The notes under the pieces are model-generated. The model searched no databases, had not been told where the DNA came from, and saw nothing but the letters and a program-made list of their open reading frames with translations. The position numbers were made by a program, and so were the translations under genes. A stretch of DNA of 64,000 nucleotides from Actinomycetota bacterium (GTDB lineage Bacteria > Actinomycetota > Acidimicrobiia > Acidimicrobiales > CADCSY01): the NCBI GenBank assembly GCA_019347915.1, contig JAHWKL010000001.1, forward strand, positions 3,612 to 67,611, read 5' to 3'. Shown here one piece after another: positions 26,557-36,800 of the stretch; the stretch's first letter is position 1, and each line of letters begins with the position of its first letter.

Positions 26557-27249
26557 CTACGCTGCTGCGTCGAGCTTTCCCACTGCCCTTCTAACGAGCT
26601 CCTCGGTGACGGCGGAGTCGAGCTCGCCGCCGCCGTAGGGTCCGGCGTCCACCGCGACGTGGCTGATGCCGGTGAGGGCGTCCCCGTTGCGCACCAGGAC
26701 GAAGTCGGCAGCAACGGGGAATTCGAGACCGGCGAGCTCGGGGTCGTCAGGTGGCCCAGTCATCGTTCCCTGCAGTCGAGCGGCGAACGTCTCGTCCCCG
26801 AGCTCCGGAAAGTTCACGGGGAAGAGGCCGCCGGCGATGACGGTGCCATCTTCCTGGGTGATCTCGATCTCGCCGCACCCGTCGACCGCCTTCCGCGCAC
26901 GGGCGAGCACGTCCGGCGCCCGACCGTGGTCGAATACGGCGACGAAGTGGGTGGCGAACGGACCCGCCGCGTCTTTCTGGAACTTCGCCTCCGCCGACGC
27001 GTCGGCGTCGACGGCGATCTCGCTGCGGTGGAGTCCGGGGCAGAGGCTCGCCCTCTCGTCGTCGGTGTCGCCTCCTCCTGGCCTCGTCGTCCACCCGGCC
27101 GGCATGTCGTCGAGCGTCAGCACTGCGGCCTCGACGTCAAGGCCTCCCGCCGGCCGCTCATCGCCCTTCCCTGTGGTGTCGCCAGACTCGCCGCCGCACG
27201 CACCGGCGAACAAGGTTAGGAACATCAGGAACAAGACCGACTTCCTCAT
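26557..27249 (-). CDS. lipoprotein, unknown function
   Basis: MRKSVLFLMFLTLFAGAC lipobox at the internal ATG 27249. Confidence 0.7.
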   Translation of the reverse strand: MRKSVLFLMFLTLFAGACGGESGDTTGKGDERPAGGLDVEAAVLTLDDMPAGWTTRPGGGDTDDERASLCPGLHRSEIAVDADASAEAKFQKDAAGPFATHFVAVFDHGRAPDVLARARKAVDGCGEIEITQEDGTVIAGGLFPVNFPELGDETFAARLQGTMTGPPDDPELAGLEFPVAADFVLVRNGDALTGISHVAVDAGPYGGGELDSAVTEELVRRAVGKLDAAA

Positions 27250-27515
27250 CGCACTCCTCTCCGGACGCCTGAGGACAACATCATGGTCGGTCGGCACCGC
27301 CCGAGGCGTTCGGGTGACGGTGCACGTCTCTTCCTGAAATGGCCGTCGAAGTCCTGGACCGTTCACATGAACGCCGGCGCCGCCGGATGTGAGGTGCAAG
27401 GGCCATCGGTGACCGGCGCTGCCATCGCTGTACCGCTGTTTCCCCTCAATCGGACAGGACATAGAGACCGGCCCACCAGCTGGTCATTCGCGCTCCATGG
27501 CGTCAGACTCCACTG

Positions 27516-28202
27516 TCACACGGGGAGACGCTCCGCCATGAGGTTGGCCAGGCGCACACGCTCACCTTCCGGAAAGACCTGACCGCCGGAAGACCAGGTG
27601 AAGAGGAAGGCCATCCCCCGTCCTCGACGCACGATCGTCACGACCACCGTGGAGTTCTGCGTCGAGAGAGGACTGCGGCGCTCGGTGCGAAAGGCGATGG
27701 ACTGGTCGCCGACCGGAGGCTCCCGGACGACCTCGTCGGTCTCCGACTGGTTGAAGGTCTGTGGCCCCCGGTCGCGGATGAGGTTGACCGCTTCAGAGAT
27801 GCACGCGAAGACGTCGGAGTCGCTCAGAGCGTCAAAGGCGACGATGGTGTCCTCTGCCTTCTCGGCTAGCACGACGGTTGCGCCCACCGTCGTGCCATTC
27901 AGGCGGTATGCGGGTGACTGGGCCGCAGCCGTCCTTCCCACGCCGGTGAGACCAAGCAGGGGTTGGCTGGCGAAACACTTGCCGTAGGTCTCGAACGCCA
28001 CCTCCGGCCCTGAGCCGATCGAGGCACCGGGAAGATCTCCCATCGTCACGACAGCTGCTGCCGCTTGGCGCTGGTCGTCCTCCGCGTCCTGGTTCCCCTC
28101 CCCAGTCCCGCCGTTGCGGGCCACCAGCACCCCGCCGGCCGCCGCGAGCAGGACCGCCACCAAGACGGCGATTCCGATCAGGAGCGGGCGGCGTTGGCTC
28201 AC
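27516..28202 (-). CDS. membrane-anchored extracytoplasmic protein, unknown function
   Basis: GTG start, N-terminal anchor PLLIGIAVLVAVLLAAAGGVLVA. Its 4-nt overlap with the upstream gene's stop indicates an operon. Confidence 0.7.
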   Translation of the reverse strand: MSQRRPLLIGIAVLVAVLLAAAGGVLVARNGGTGEGNQDAEDDQRQAAAAVVTMGDLPGASIGSGPEVAFETYGKCFASQPLLGLTGVGRTAAAQSPAYRLNGTTVGATVVLAEKAEDTIVAFDALSDSDVFACISEAVNLIRDRGPQTFNQSETDEVVREPPVGDQSIAFRTERRSPLSTQNSTVVVTIVRRGRGMAFLFTWSSGGQVFPEGERVRLANLMAERLPV

Positions 28203-29494
28203 GACCGCCCCTCCCCCTCAACAAGGGAGCTCAGCAGGCGGATCAACGGCTGGAGGCGCTCGGGCACCGCTCCGTCACTGGCTCGCACTGTGCGGCCGCG
28301 GTAGCTCACCTCGTAGACGATGTCGTCGACGACTGCGGAGCCGCGGTAGGCGGACCTGAGTTCGGGAAACCGTGCGTCCTCGGCCGCCTTCCTGACCGCG
28401 GCCAGCGTCTCGGACGGCACCTCGAAGTCACCCGGCCCGTTGACGGTGGTACCGAGCCTCGCCCGGCCCGACGACAAGTCGACTGTCAGGACATCGGAGA
28501 ATCCGGCGATGCCACCCGACCGGCGGTACTCGACGATGGCCGGTGCCTCCGTGGTCGGCACCGGCTCGTGCCGGGCCAAGGCCTCGGTGCTGGCGGCAAT
28601 ACGCACCAGCGTGCTCGGCGTCCGGCCCAGGACCCACACCGCTCCCTCTCCGGCCGCCACCGCAGCCAACGGAGCGCCCACCTTCACCTGGTCCGTGACC
28701 GTGTTGGTCACGGGGTCGATTCGAGAAACCAGGCCTTGAGCGTCCTCGCCGATAACCCAGACGCCGCCCTCGCCCACGGCAAGGCTCACCGGCCGGTCTG
28801 GCACCTCGATGGTGGTAGCTACCCGATTGGCTCTGGGGTCGTAGCGAGTGATCGTGCCGACGTCGGTGTTGGCGACCCAGACCGATCCCTCTCCCACGGC
28901 CACTCCTCGCGGCCCCACGCCGATTTCCACCCGATCGGTGACGGTATTCGTCATCGGGTCCAGGCGGATCAACTCGCCGGCGACCGGGTCACTCGCCCAC
29001 ACTGAGCCATCTCCGACTGCCAGTCCCCCCACGCGGGGCGCCACAGCCTCCGACGCCACCAGGCGTTTCTCTGTCGTGTTGACTCGGGTGAGCCTGGTGT
29101 CGCCCAGCACCGCCCACACCGACTCCGAATCGGCAGCCACCATCCGAGCGGACGACTCAGCGGGGATCGTGGCGGTGACCATCCCGCTCTGGGGATCGAT
29201 CAGGGACAGGCCCGCGCTGCCGCCCGCCCACACCGCGCCGGCGCCAACCGCCAGTCCGCCGAGGCCGGGGACTTCCACGACGGTGGATTGACCGGTACTC
29301 GGGTCCAGTCGGGTGACAACGCCGTCGCTTCCGACCCACACCGCGCCGTGGCCCACGGCGACCAAGAAGGCGTTGTCCCGAACCGCCACGGTGGCGCTGA
29401 TGGCGGGCGCCTTCTCATCGCCGCCGCACGCGGCGACTGACGACACCAGCACCAGCACCGGCACCAGCAATCCAAGGCCGCTGCGCACTCTCAT
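28199..29494 (-). CDS. beta-propeller repeat lipoprotein
   Basis: Lipobox LVSSVAAC. About 7 repeats of G.G.VWV....G.l.RiDP.TN.V. Has a distinct C-terminal domain. Confidence 0.8.
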   Translation of the reverse strand: MRVRSGLGLLVPVLVLVSSVAACGGDEKAPAISATVAVRDNAFLVAVGHGAVWVGSDGVVTRLDPSTGQSTVVEVPGLGGLAVGAGAVWAGGSAGLSLIDPQSGMVTATIPAESSARMVAADSESVWAVLGDTRLTRVNTTEKRLVASEAVAPRVGGLAVGDGSVWASDPVAGELIRLDPMTNTVTDRVEIGVGPRGVAVGEGSVWVANTDVGTITRYDPRANRVATTIEVPDRPVSLAVGEGGVWVIGEDAQGLVSRIDPVTNTVTDQVKVGAPLAAVAAGEGAVWVLGRTPSTLVRIAASTEALARHEPVPTTEAPAIVEYRRSGGIAGFSDVLTVDLSSGRARLGTTVNGPGDFEVPSETLAAVRKAAEDARFPELRSAYRGSAVVDDIVYEVSYRGRTVRASDGAVPERLQPLIRLLSSLVEGEGRS

Positions 29495-30480
29495 CGCTCG
29501 TCGACCCGGGTGAGGAGCCCCTGCTGCCCCGCCACCCAGACCGCCCCAAACCCCACGGAGACGGCGACCGGAGTTTCCTGGAGCTCGATGGCCCGGGTCG
29601 GCCGATTGGTGTCCGGGTCCACGCGGGTCAGAGTGTTGTCGGCCACGTTCGTGATCCAGGCCGATCCCAAGCCCACGGCCACGCCCGACGGCAAGGGGTT
29701 GTCGGAGAACTCCAATGTCTCAGGGAAGCGCCGGTCCGGATCAGCCCGAGCTGCGAAGTACTCGGCGGCGACCCAGATGCTCCCGGCGCCGATGGCCAAC
29801 GCGCGGGAGTTGGGAGGGAGGCGGCTGATCGTCTGGGTGAACTGCTCTTCGTCCGGGTCCAGGCGCGACACCGTGCCAACCCGGGTATCGCTGACCCAGA
29901 CCCCGCCCTCGCCGACGGCCACCTGCCCGGGTTCTTGGGGCAAGGCGAGATCGTCGTCGGGCATGGGTGGGACCTTGAGTGTGGCGGCGACCTCCATGGT
30001 CTTGGGGTCCACCCGACTGAGCGTGCCGTTGCCGGCCCTGTTGGCGACCCAGACGGAACCGTCTCCGGCAGCGAGGCCTTGGGGTTCACCCAGCTCGACG
30101 GTGCCGGTGACCTCATTGCGGGACGGGTCGATGCGTGAGAGCGCGGAGCCGCCCGTCACCCACACCGCTCCCTCGCCGACGGCCAGGTTCTTCGCCCCGG
30201 AGGGCACGGAGATGCGCCCCGCGATGCTGTTGGTCTCCGGGTCCACCCGGACCACCGTCGACTCGCCGTCGGCCACCCATACGGCCTCCTCGCCCGTGGC
30301 CACTCCTGAGGAGCTCTGTCCGATGTCGATCGCGGCGCTGACCTCCAACCCCTTGGAGCTGGACCCGCCGTGGCCGCAGGCCGACCACACCAGGGCCACC
30401 GCGGTGACCACGACCCGCAGTATGGAGCGACCGCGGCGATTTCCGAACGTCGCCGATCCATCGTTCGTGGTCCAGACCAA
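29491..30480 (-). CDS. beta-propeller repeat lipoprotein (paralogue); start uncertain (TTG 30480)
   Basis: ILRVVVTAVALVWSAC lipobox, and the same repeat type (GEGAVWVTGGSALSRIDPSRNEV etc.). ATGA overlap with the downstream gene. The upstream 168 codons of the ORF are Arg/Pro-rich and judged non-coding. Confidence 0.7.
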   Translation of the reverse strand: MVWTTNDGSATFGNRRGRSILRVVVTAVALVWSACGHGGSSSKGLEVSAAIDIGQSSSGVATGEEAVWVADGESTVVRVDPETNSIAGRISVPSGAKNLAVGEGAVWVTGGSALSRIDPSRNEVTGTVELGEPQGLAAGDGSVWVANRAGNGTLSRVDPKTMEVAATLKVPPMPDDDLALPQEPGQVAVGEGGVWVSDTRVGTVSRLDPDEEQFTQTISRLPPNSRALAIGAGSIWVAAEYFAARADPDRRFPETLEFSDNPLPSGVAVGLGSAWITNVADNTLTRVDPDTNRPTRAIELQETPVAVSVGFGAVWVAGQQGLLTRVDER

Positions 30481-31076
30481 ACGAGCTTTGGTGCCCCGCG
30501 GAGTAGGCGCGTGGCTGCCAGCGCGCCGTGCGCTCCGGTTGCCGCCTTCGCTCACGGAAGCGGACGGGACCGAGACAGGTAGGCGGTCCGCCGAAGGGTG
30601 CCGGACTCCAACACGGGTACCCACACGGCCGCCATCGAACGACGTCGTTCGATACACCGAGCCTCCCAGTTGATCGGACACGCCAGGTTCTCCTGCGGGG
30701 CAAGGCGCCGCTGGACCGAAGAGAGGAAGAGCTGCCGTTGTGGTTCTCGTCACCGAACACGATGAACGACGCGGTGTCCCGGGCGCCAGTGTCAGATGTC
30801 CCGAACAGCACCGGGACTTTTCTGCCCGTTGGGATGGAGGGTCAGATCCAACCCGAGGCGCGGGGCCGGACCGGACTGCTCGGCCACCAGCTCCCCGCTG
30901 GTGCGCGGGTCGTACTAGACGTTCTCGACCGTCACGGGCCGGTGCAGGACCATGGCGGGGAATCGAGCGACGACCACCCGGCAATTCCCCGGGTCGTCAA
31001 GGGAACGTCGCCCGAGTGCGGTAGTCGGGCACGGCGGGTCCGGGTTCAGGGCGTCCGACACCTGGTTACCAAGCGG

Positions 31077-31385
31077 TCATCGCTTCGTCGCGACGTGTTC
31101 GAGCAGCAGCGGCTCAAAGCGCTCGAGCGTTTGTCGAATGGCGGCGAAATGCTTCTGAAAGCCATCCGCCGCTCTCCAGCGAGCTGCGGCTTCCTTGTCC
31201 GGCCACGGCCCGAAGCTGATGAACACGTTCGGCCGCTCGGTGTCCCGCAGGAGCGTTCCGTGGGCACCTGGAAAGGCCCTCACCGTCCAGTCTCCCAGTT
31301 CCTCCCATGCCCGTACGAACTCATCCTCGCGTCCTGGGCTCACCGTCCATGTGCCGTGCGTCCAGATCTCGTGCATTCGCGCCAT
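31077..31385 (-). CDS. antibiotic-biosynthesis-monooxygenase (ABM, ferredoxin-like) domain protein
   Basis: MARMHEIWTHGTWTVSPGREDEFVRAWEEL...FISFGPWPDKEAAARWRAADGFQKHF. Confidence 0.65.
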   Translation of the reverse strand: MARMHEIWTHGTWTVSPGREDEFVRAWEELGDWTVRAFPGAHGTLLRDTERPNVFISFGPWPDKEAAARWRAADGFQKHFAAIRQTLERFEPLLLEHVATKR

Positions 31386-31553
31386 TCTGGACCACGTGAG
31401 CCCCGTCGTGCTCGGGTCACGGACACTGGGGGCTCTGTGGGCTCCGCCGCGCGTTCTGGAGCGCCAAGGCCCCGCCGAAGTCGTCGGGCCTGAAACCAAC
31501 TTCGCGCCAGTAGCGACACGTTGGGCGTGCGGCGCGATGTGGCCGCGGCGTCC

Positions 31554-32330
31554 CTACCGGCCGGTAGGTGTGAGCGGGTTCACCAGGCCATGTGCGATGG
31601 CGAAGCGCGTCGCGTCCGAACGACTCGAGACGGCGCACTTCACGTAGATCCGCTCGATGTGGCTCGACGCGGTCTTCGGCGCGATGCCGAGGACGTAGGC
31701 GACCTGCTTCGCTGATGCGCCGGTCGCGATCAGCACCAGGACCTCGACCTCCCGCGGTGTGAGGCCGGCCGGGCCCGATCGCCGGCCCGGCCGGTGGCCG
31801 ACGGCGCCGAGCACGAGCTCTACCGCACCGGGATCAAGACGGCCAACGCGAGCCTCGGCTCGGAGCTTCTGCGCCGCGCCAGATCGCGAGCAGCGCTTCC
31901 CCGACGCTCGAGGAGCCGTCATCGCGTGGTACGCCTCGCCGGCGTCGATGAGCTGGCTGTACGTCGGGGAGAAGTCGACGATCTCACACGGATCGTCACC
32001 AACCACCCATGCGTCATGCCCCGGCGGGATGACTGCCGCATCTCCCGTGCGCACCTCCAGGGCGGCCCCGTCCTCCATCACCACGTGCAGCCGCCCGGAG
32101 ACGATGAACAGCTGGTGCGACGCCCGACAGAGATCAGTGCCGACGATGGGCTTCACGTCGGTCGACCACTTCCACCCCGGCTCCATCACCTCGCGAGTGA
32201 TCGTCGTGTCGCCCACCGATGCGACCGTCAGCTCTTCCTTTCCGACGCGGCGGGTGTCGGTCGGCGTGTCGAGCGCCTTCGCTTCGAACCGCACCCCCCA
32301 ATGATGCTTCGGCGATGGGTCCGCCGGCAC
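31554..32330 (-). CDS. LuxR-family regulator with N-terminal cupin domain
   Basis: C-terminal LTPREVEVLVLIATGASAKQVAYVLGIAPKTASSHIERIYVK. N-terminal beta-barrel-like HQLFIVSGRLHVVMEDG...AAVIPPGHDAWVVG. Confidence 0.8.
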   Translation of the reverse strand: MPADPSPKHHWGVRFEAKALDTPTDTRRVGKEELTVASVGDTTITREVMEPGWKWSTDVKPIVGTDLCRASHQLFIVSGRLHVVMEDGAALEVRTGDAAVIPPGHDAWVVGDDPCEIVDFSPTYSQLIDAGEAYHAMTAPRASGKRCSRSGAAQKLRAEARVGRLDPGAVELVLGAVGHRPGRRSGPAGLTPREVEVLVLIATGASAKQVAYVLGIAPKTASSHIERIYVKCAVSSRSDATRFAIAHGLVNPLTPTGR

Positions 32331-32424
32331 GCCAGCCGTAGGGAGAACACCCGATGACTTGCCTTCTGCGCCGTCCTACGGTTCAACGGTGAGCTCGTCC
32401 GTGCCGGACCTTGAAGGAGGATGC

Positions 32425-32916
32425 ATGAAAACCGAGACCATCGAGGCGACCATCGAAGCCTGGACGACGGACCCGGAAAAGGCGCTGGGCGCTCCGGTCG
32501 TGACCGCCCGCGCCGACGAGAGCCAGGCGGTGATCCAGGCGGGGCCGTTCACCTGGCGGGCCGACCTGCCGCCGGCGCTGGGTGGCACCAACGAGGCGCC
32601 CAGCCCCACCGCGCTGCTCCTCAGCGCGCTTGCCGGCTGTGCCGTCGTTTTCGTGCGGGACACGCTCGCTCCGCAGCTCGGGGTTCGAGTGGACGCCGTC
32701 GAGGCCGCCGTGCGATGTGAGACCGATGGGCGCGGCCTCCTCGGCATCGACGGAGCAGCGCCGGACCTGCGCAACGTCAGCCTCGACGTCACCGTGCAGT
32801 CGCCTGACGGCGACACGGGTGTCAAAAAGATCGCCGAAGTGTGGCAGCAACGGTGCCCGATCTATCTGGCGCTCGTGAGGCCCACCGACGTGGCCGTGCA
32901 GTTCCGCACCGGCTGA
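32425..32916 (+). CDS. OsmC/Ohr family peroxiredoxin-like protein
   Basis: ATG follows GAAGGAGG. GGTNEAPSPTALLLSALAGCAV and C-terminal QQRCPIYLAL. Confidence 0.85.
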   Translation: MKTETIEATIEAWTTDPEKALGAPVVTARADESQAVIQAGPFTWRADLPPALGGTNEAPSPTALLLSALAGCAVVFVRDTLAPQLGVRVDAVEAAVRCETDGRGLLGIDGAAPDLRNVSLDVTVQSPDGDTGVKKIAEVWQQRCPIYLALVRPTDVAVQFRTG

Positions 32917-32967
32917 GGAGTTCCTACCACGGTCTCGCCCCCGACCGCTTCATGGGCTCTGCGTGCC

Positions 32968-33141
32968 GCCCGGTAACCGGCGGAGCCGGGCGCTGGCAAG
33001 CCCGATACCACCCGTCGACCATCCTGCTGCATGGCCCACTGTCAGCCCGATCTGCTGTCGGCACGTCGTGCCGCCGTTCGAGGCGAGCAGTAGCGAAGGG
33101 CTCTCCGCGCACGTCGAAGGTCATGGGAATGAGCTGGTGGA
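32968..33141 (+). repeat. dispersed repeat, copy C2; an A-type 3' module follows at 33218-33257
   Basis: See C1. GGTTCCCGCGCGTTCTGTCGCACGCGTCGCGGGGCGTCGG at 33218-33257 aligns with copy E and the A 3' part. Confidence 0.6.
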
Positions 33142-33462
33142 CGGAGAGCGACCGGTTCTGGTGTTCTCGCGATCTGCCGGTTCGGCGCGACGGTAGGGCC
33201 CAGGGTGTCGTGTGTGCGGTTCCCGCGCGTTCTGTCGCACGCGTCGCGGGGCGTCGGACGGAGTCCAGCCCTGCCCATCATGCGCCGCCATCGGTCCGCG
33301 GCGGTCCTCGCGCCACTGGCGCATCCGCGCCGCCCGCTCCCGGAGTTCACCCGGATTCGTCTCGGTCGTGCCATCGAACTCCATCCTCCCGCAACGAATA
33401 GAGCCTCCAAGGAACCCGGGGCGGTTCACCGCCCAATCACAGGCCCGGACGAGCACTGAACT

Positions 33463-33693
33463 GGTGGACCGGGTTGGACGTACGATCGGCCGGTCACGCC
33501 CAAGCCTCAGACGATTCAACGCGGCATCGCGGCAGAAGTGGGCGGGAGGGTTCCCGACGAAGCGCGCGTGTGAGCAGGTGCTCAACCCGCGCTGGAGCGG
33601 ATCCGCAAGCGCAAGTACGCGGATGCCATGAAGCTGACGGTCGGCCAGTGTCTCCACCGATGGCTCGACTCGGTGGAGCCCCTCCAGTACTGA
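33463..33693 (+). pseudogene. remnant of a tyrosine-recombinase (phage integrase) N-terminal region
   Basis: Pieces in two frames plus an in-frame TGA: GWTYDRPVTPKPQT.., GGFPTKRACEQVLN, ALERIRKRKYADAMKLTVGQCLHRWLDSVEP. This matches the usual ...GGF.TK.EAE.AL...G.Y....KLTVGE.L..WL arm-binding/SAM-like N-terminus. The catalytic domain is absent. Confidence 0.5.
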
Positions 33694-33882
33694 AGCGAAA
33701 CGGACCTTGACGACTGGCGGCGTCCCCGGCGGTCCCGTGTCCTCTGCCTTCACGAGGCGTTAGTGGAGAGTGAGTGTCCCGCCATCGTGGCGCGCACAGC
33801 TGACATGCCGCGCCCGTCTTACACTCCGCAGTGTGCTCGTGGTTGGATCGGTCGGGGAGGCTCAGCTGGTGAGGAGACGGCC

Positions 33883-36800
33883 ATGATCGAGGTCGCTGGG
33901 CGCGTCACGGTCCGCGGGTCGGGCGTGCCGGTGGGGAACGTGGTGGTCGAGGCGTTCGACGTCGCGAAAGCGCGGCGAGGGTCGAGCGCGCTGACCGGCG
34001 GCGACATCGGATGGGTTGGCGACGCACCGAGCCTGGGCTCGGCGCTGACCGACGCGGACGGTCGCTTCTCGTGGACCACCGGAGAGGGTGAGGACAACCG
34101 CAGCCGCGTCATCGCCGTGGCCGTATTCGCGCCCAGCGGCGGCGGCGGGCGTGCCGGTCGAAGTCTCGAGCTGCTCCACCTCGTGCCCCGGCTGCGGAAG
34201 GCGGGCGACGGCGTGCACCGCTACGCCATCGCGATCGACCCCGAGCGGCTCCGGCGGGCTGCGGCCGACGGGTCGGCGGACGCGGCGACCCCGGGCGGCG
34301 CCGAGGGGCGCGCGGCGGCGGCGCGCACGCGGGTCGCGGCCAGGGTGACCGAGCGGGAGGCGGCGGCCGCGATCCGCCGGCGGGCCTTGGCGCGCGCCCG
34401 CCCGCTGCGCGAGGCGCTCGACGCCGCCGTGCGCGACGCCCTCCGGGAGCGGACGGTCGCACCCGTGCGCCGGGGAAACGGCGACTTGCCCCCCGCCGTC
34501 CTGGCCGTTGGCGAGACCGTACGTGCGCACACCCGGCGGCTGCTCGACGAGGCGCTGCGCAACCGGGCGAGCGTGGCGACAGCGAGGGGGCTCGTCGACC
34601 TCAGCGACGGCGACACCGCCGTCCTGCTGGACGGGTCGGGCGCGCCGGCGAGCGGGCTGACCGACGACGACGTGCGGCGCGTCCTCTTCGGTGTCGAGCA
34701 CGAGACGGGGCCGCCCAGCCGGTACCGGCGGGACCTCCTCTCGATCGCGTGCCGCAACCGCACGCCGCCCTACCAGCGCTGCAGCGACGCTGGGGAAGAC
34801 GAGGACGGGGACGGGGACGGCGACGGGGACGGCGACGGGGACGGCGACGGCGGTGGGGACGGTGATGGCGAGAGCGGCGAGGCGACGGCCGCGCTCATCA
34901 AGCGCATGGTCGCCCGCCTGCTCAAGGACCTCGCCGAGTTCCCGGTGGTGGCGGGCGTTGAATCGGCCCGGGCGACGGCCGCGGGCATCGGCCGGCAGCT
35001 GCGCGACCTCACCATCGAAGGCGGACCGGCCGACGCCGTCGCCCTCTTCGAGTTCGAACGCCTGTTCCTCGCGTCCGACCTGCTCGTGTCGCCCCGGCCC
35101 GATCCGGGTCTGATCAGTGACCTGATCGACTCGGGCCGCAAGCTGTCCGCCCTCGGAGGCGACCTCGACGGGGCGTCACGAGGAGGCGACGTCATCGACG
35201 CCATCGCCGCGGAGAGCTCCCTCCTCGCGGCTGAGGACCCGCTCCGGAGCGGGGCGGGATCCGGCTCCAGCAGCGCCCGCTCGCCGGTCTTCTTCGGGCT
35301 TCCCAACCCTTTCGACATCCTCGACGACATCGCCGACGCGATCAGCGACGCGCTCACGCCGCGCGACCGGTTCGTTCAGCTGCGAGCGTTCCTCGACGAC
35401 CTTCGCCGGCTGCGGCGCAGCGACTATCCGTTCACGCCGTTTGCGACCGACGACACCGGTCGCTCGGTCAGCGCCGGCCTCCTCGTGGGCTACCAGCAGC
35501 GGTGGGAGCCGCGTGGCTACCAGGCGGGTGAGCTGGTGAAGACTATCCCGCTCGCGCCCAAGGCTTCGATCCGCTACTCAGCCCGGCGCAAGTCCGCCAA
35601 GACCTATACCGACCGGCGGGCGGAGGCGTCGGAGTCGCGCTACAGCAGCGAGGCGGCCGACGTGCAGCGGGACGTGGCGAAGATCGTGCGCGACACCAAG
35701 CTGTCGACGTCGTTCACGCTGTCGAAGGAGGCAGGGGCCGGGGTGCCGGGCGTCGGGTCGGGCACGACGACGAGCGTGTGGACCGCGGGGGCCGAGCGCA
35801 CGTCGTCCTCCACAAAGGAGGCGTTTCGGGAGGCGACGCGCAAGCGGGCCGAGGAGCACAAGCGCAGCTCGACCATGGAGGTCACCGTGTCGAGCACCGA
35901 CGAGGTCGAGGTGACCGAGGCGAGCGAGATCGGCAACCCCAACGAGGAGCTGGTCGTCACGTACCTGTTCTACGAGCTGCAGCGCCGGTTCCTCGTGTCC
36001 GAGCGACTGCAGCGGGTGACGCCCGTCGCCGTCGTGGCCCACGAGCTGCCGGCACCCAGCGAGCTCGACGAGTCGTGGGTCGCCCGGCACGACTGGATCC
36101 TCCGGCGGGTGCTGCTCGACCCCTCCTTCCAGCCCGCCATCGAGTACGCGGTCTCGGGCAAGCTCGTCGCTGACCTCGGCAAGGCGGAGGAGCTCGAGTC
36201 GGCCGTCGACCGCCAGGCCGCGCTCGTCGAGTCGCTCAAGCGCGAGCTGGCCGCCCTGCGCTCCGAGGATCTGCTGCCCGACCCGCGGAACATCTTCGAG
36301 CTGTTCAAGGTGCGGATCTACGACGAGAAGTACCCGGGGTGGCGCGAGGACGAGCAGCGCGTGGGAGAGGTTTTCGGGGAGGACGTCGCCAACCGGCTGG
36401 CCGAGCGGCGACGGGCCATCGAGCGTGTCGAGGGCGAGATCGGCAAGCAGGCGACCGAGCTGGAACGGACCACGGCTGCGTTCAACGAGGCCTTCATGAC
36501 GTACGCCACCGAAGCAGTCCAGGTGGAGCGCTTCCTGCTCCACCTGAAGGACAACATCCTCCACTACCAGCACGCGATCTGGGACCACGAGACCAAGGAC
36601 CAGCGCTACCTCCGGTTGCGCCACGCGCCGGTGCCGGCGGTCGCGGGCTCGGTTGCGTACACGCTCGAGCCGTCGGGGCTCCCGCCCCGTCCGCCCACGT
36701 GGCGCGCACCATTGAAGGTGACGGCCCGGGCGAGCCTGCGGGTCGACGACGAGGGGGAGCTGGGCGACGTGGCCGACGTGGCCAACCTGCTCGGCTACGT

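Noticed and set aside
30481-31076. Possible gene in the 600-nt gap upstream of the propeller operon
   Set aside because: All six frames give either short ORFs or Arg-rich extensions of neighbouring ORFs (for example 30528..31493 and 29491..30984). No RBS/start combination with normal composition was found.
5505-33257. Dispersed repeats interpreted as integron attC sites or as a known riboswitch (glycine, ydaO/c-di-AMP, cobalamin, c-di-GMP-I, SAM-IV)
   Set aside because: - The GGTTACC/GGTAACC arms do not fit the attC core GTTRRRY/RYYYAAC, and there is no intI.
- Only short chance resemblances exist to riboswitch cores (CCGAAG, CCCGAA), without the defining conserved helices.
- Copies are not consistently 5' of genes.
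33121-33753. 210-aa minus-strand ORF overlapping repeat C2 and the integrase remnant
   Set aside because: It has Arg/Pro-rich composition and no motif, and it spans repeat sequence. The plus-strand integrase-like fragments explain the region better.
34795-34872. Short tandem repeats as a possible CRISPR array
   Set aside because: The unit is 6 nt, there are no spacers, and it is in frame inside a CDS encoding Asp-Gly. No cas genes are present in the window.
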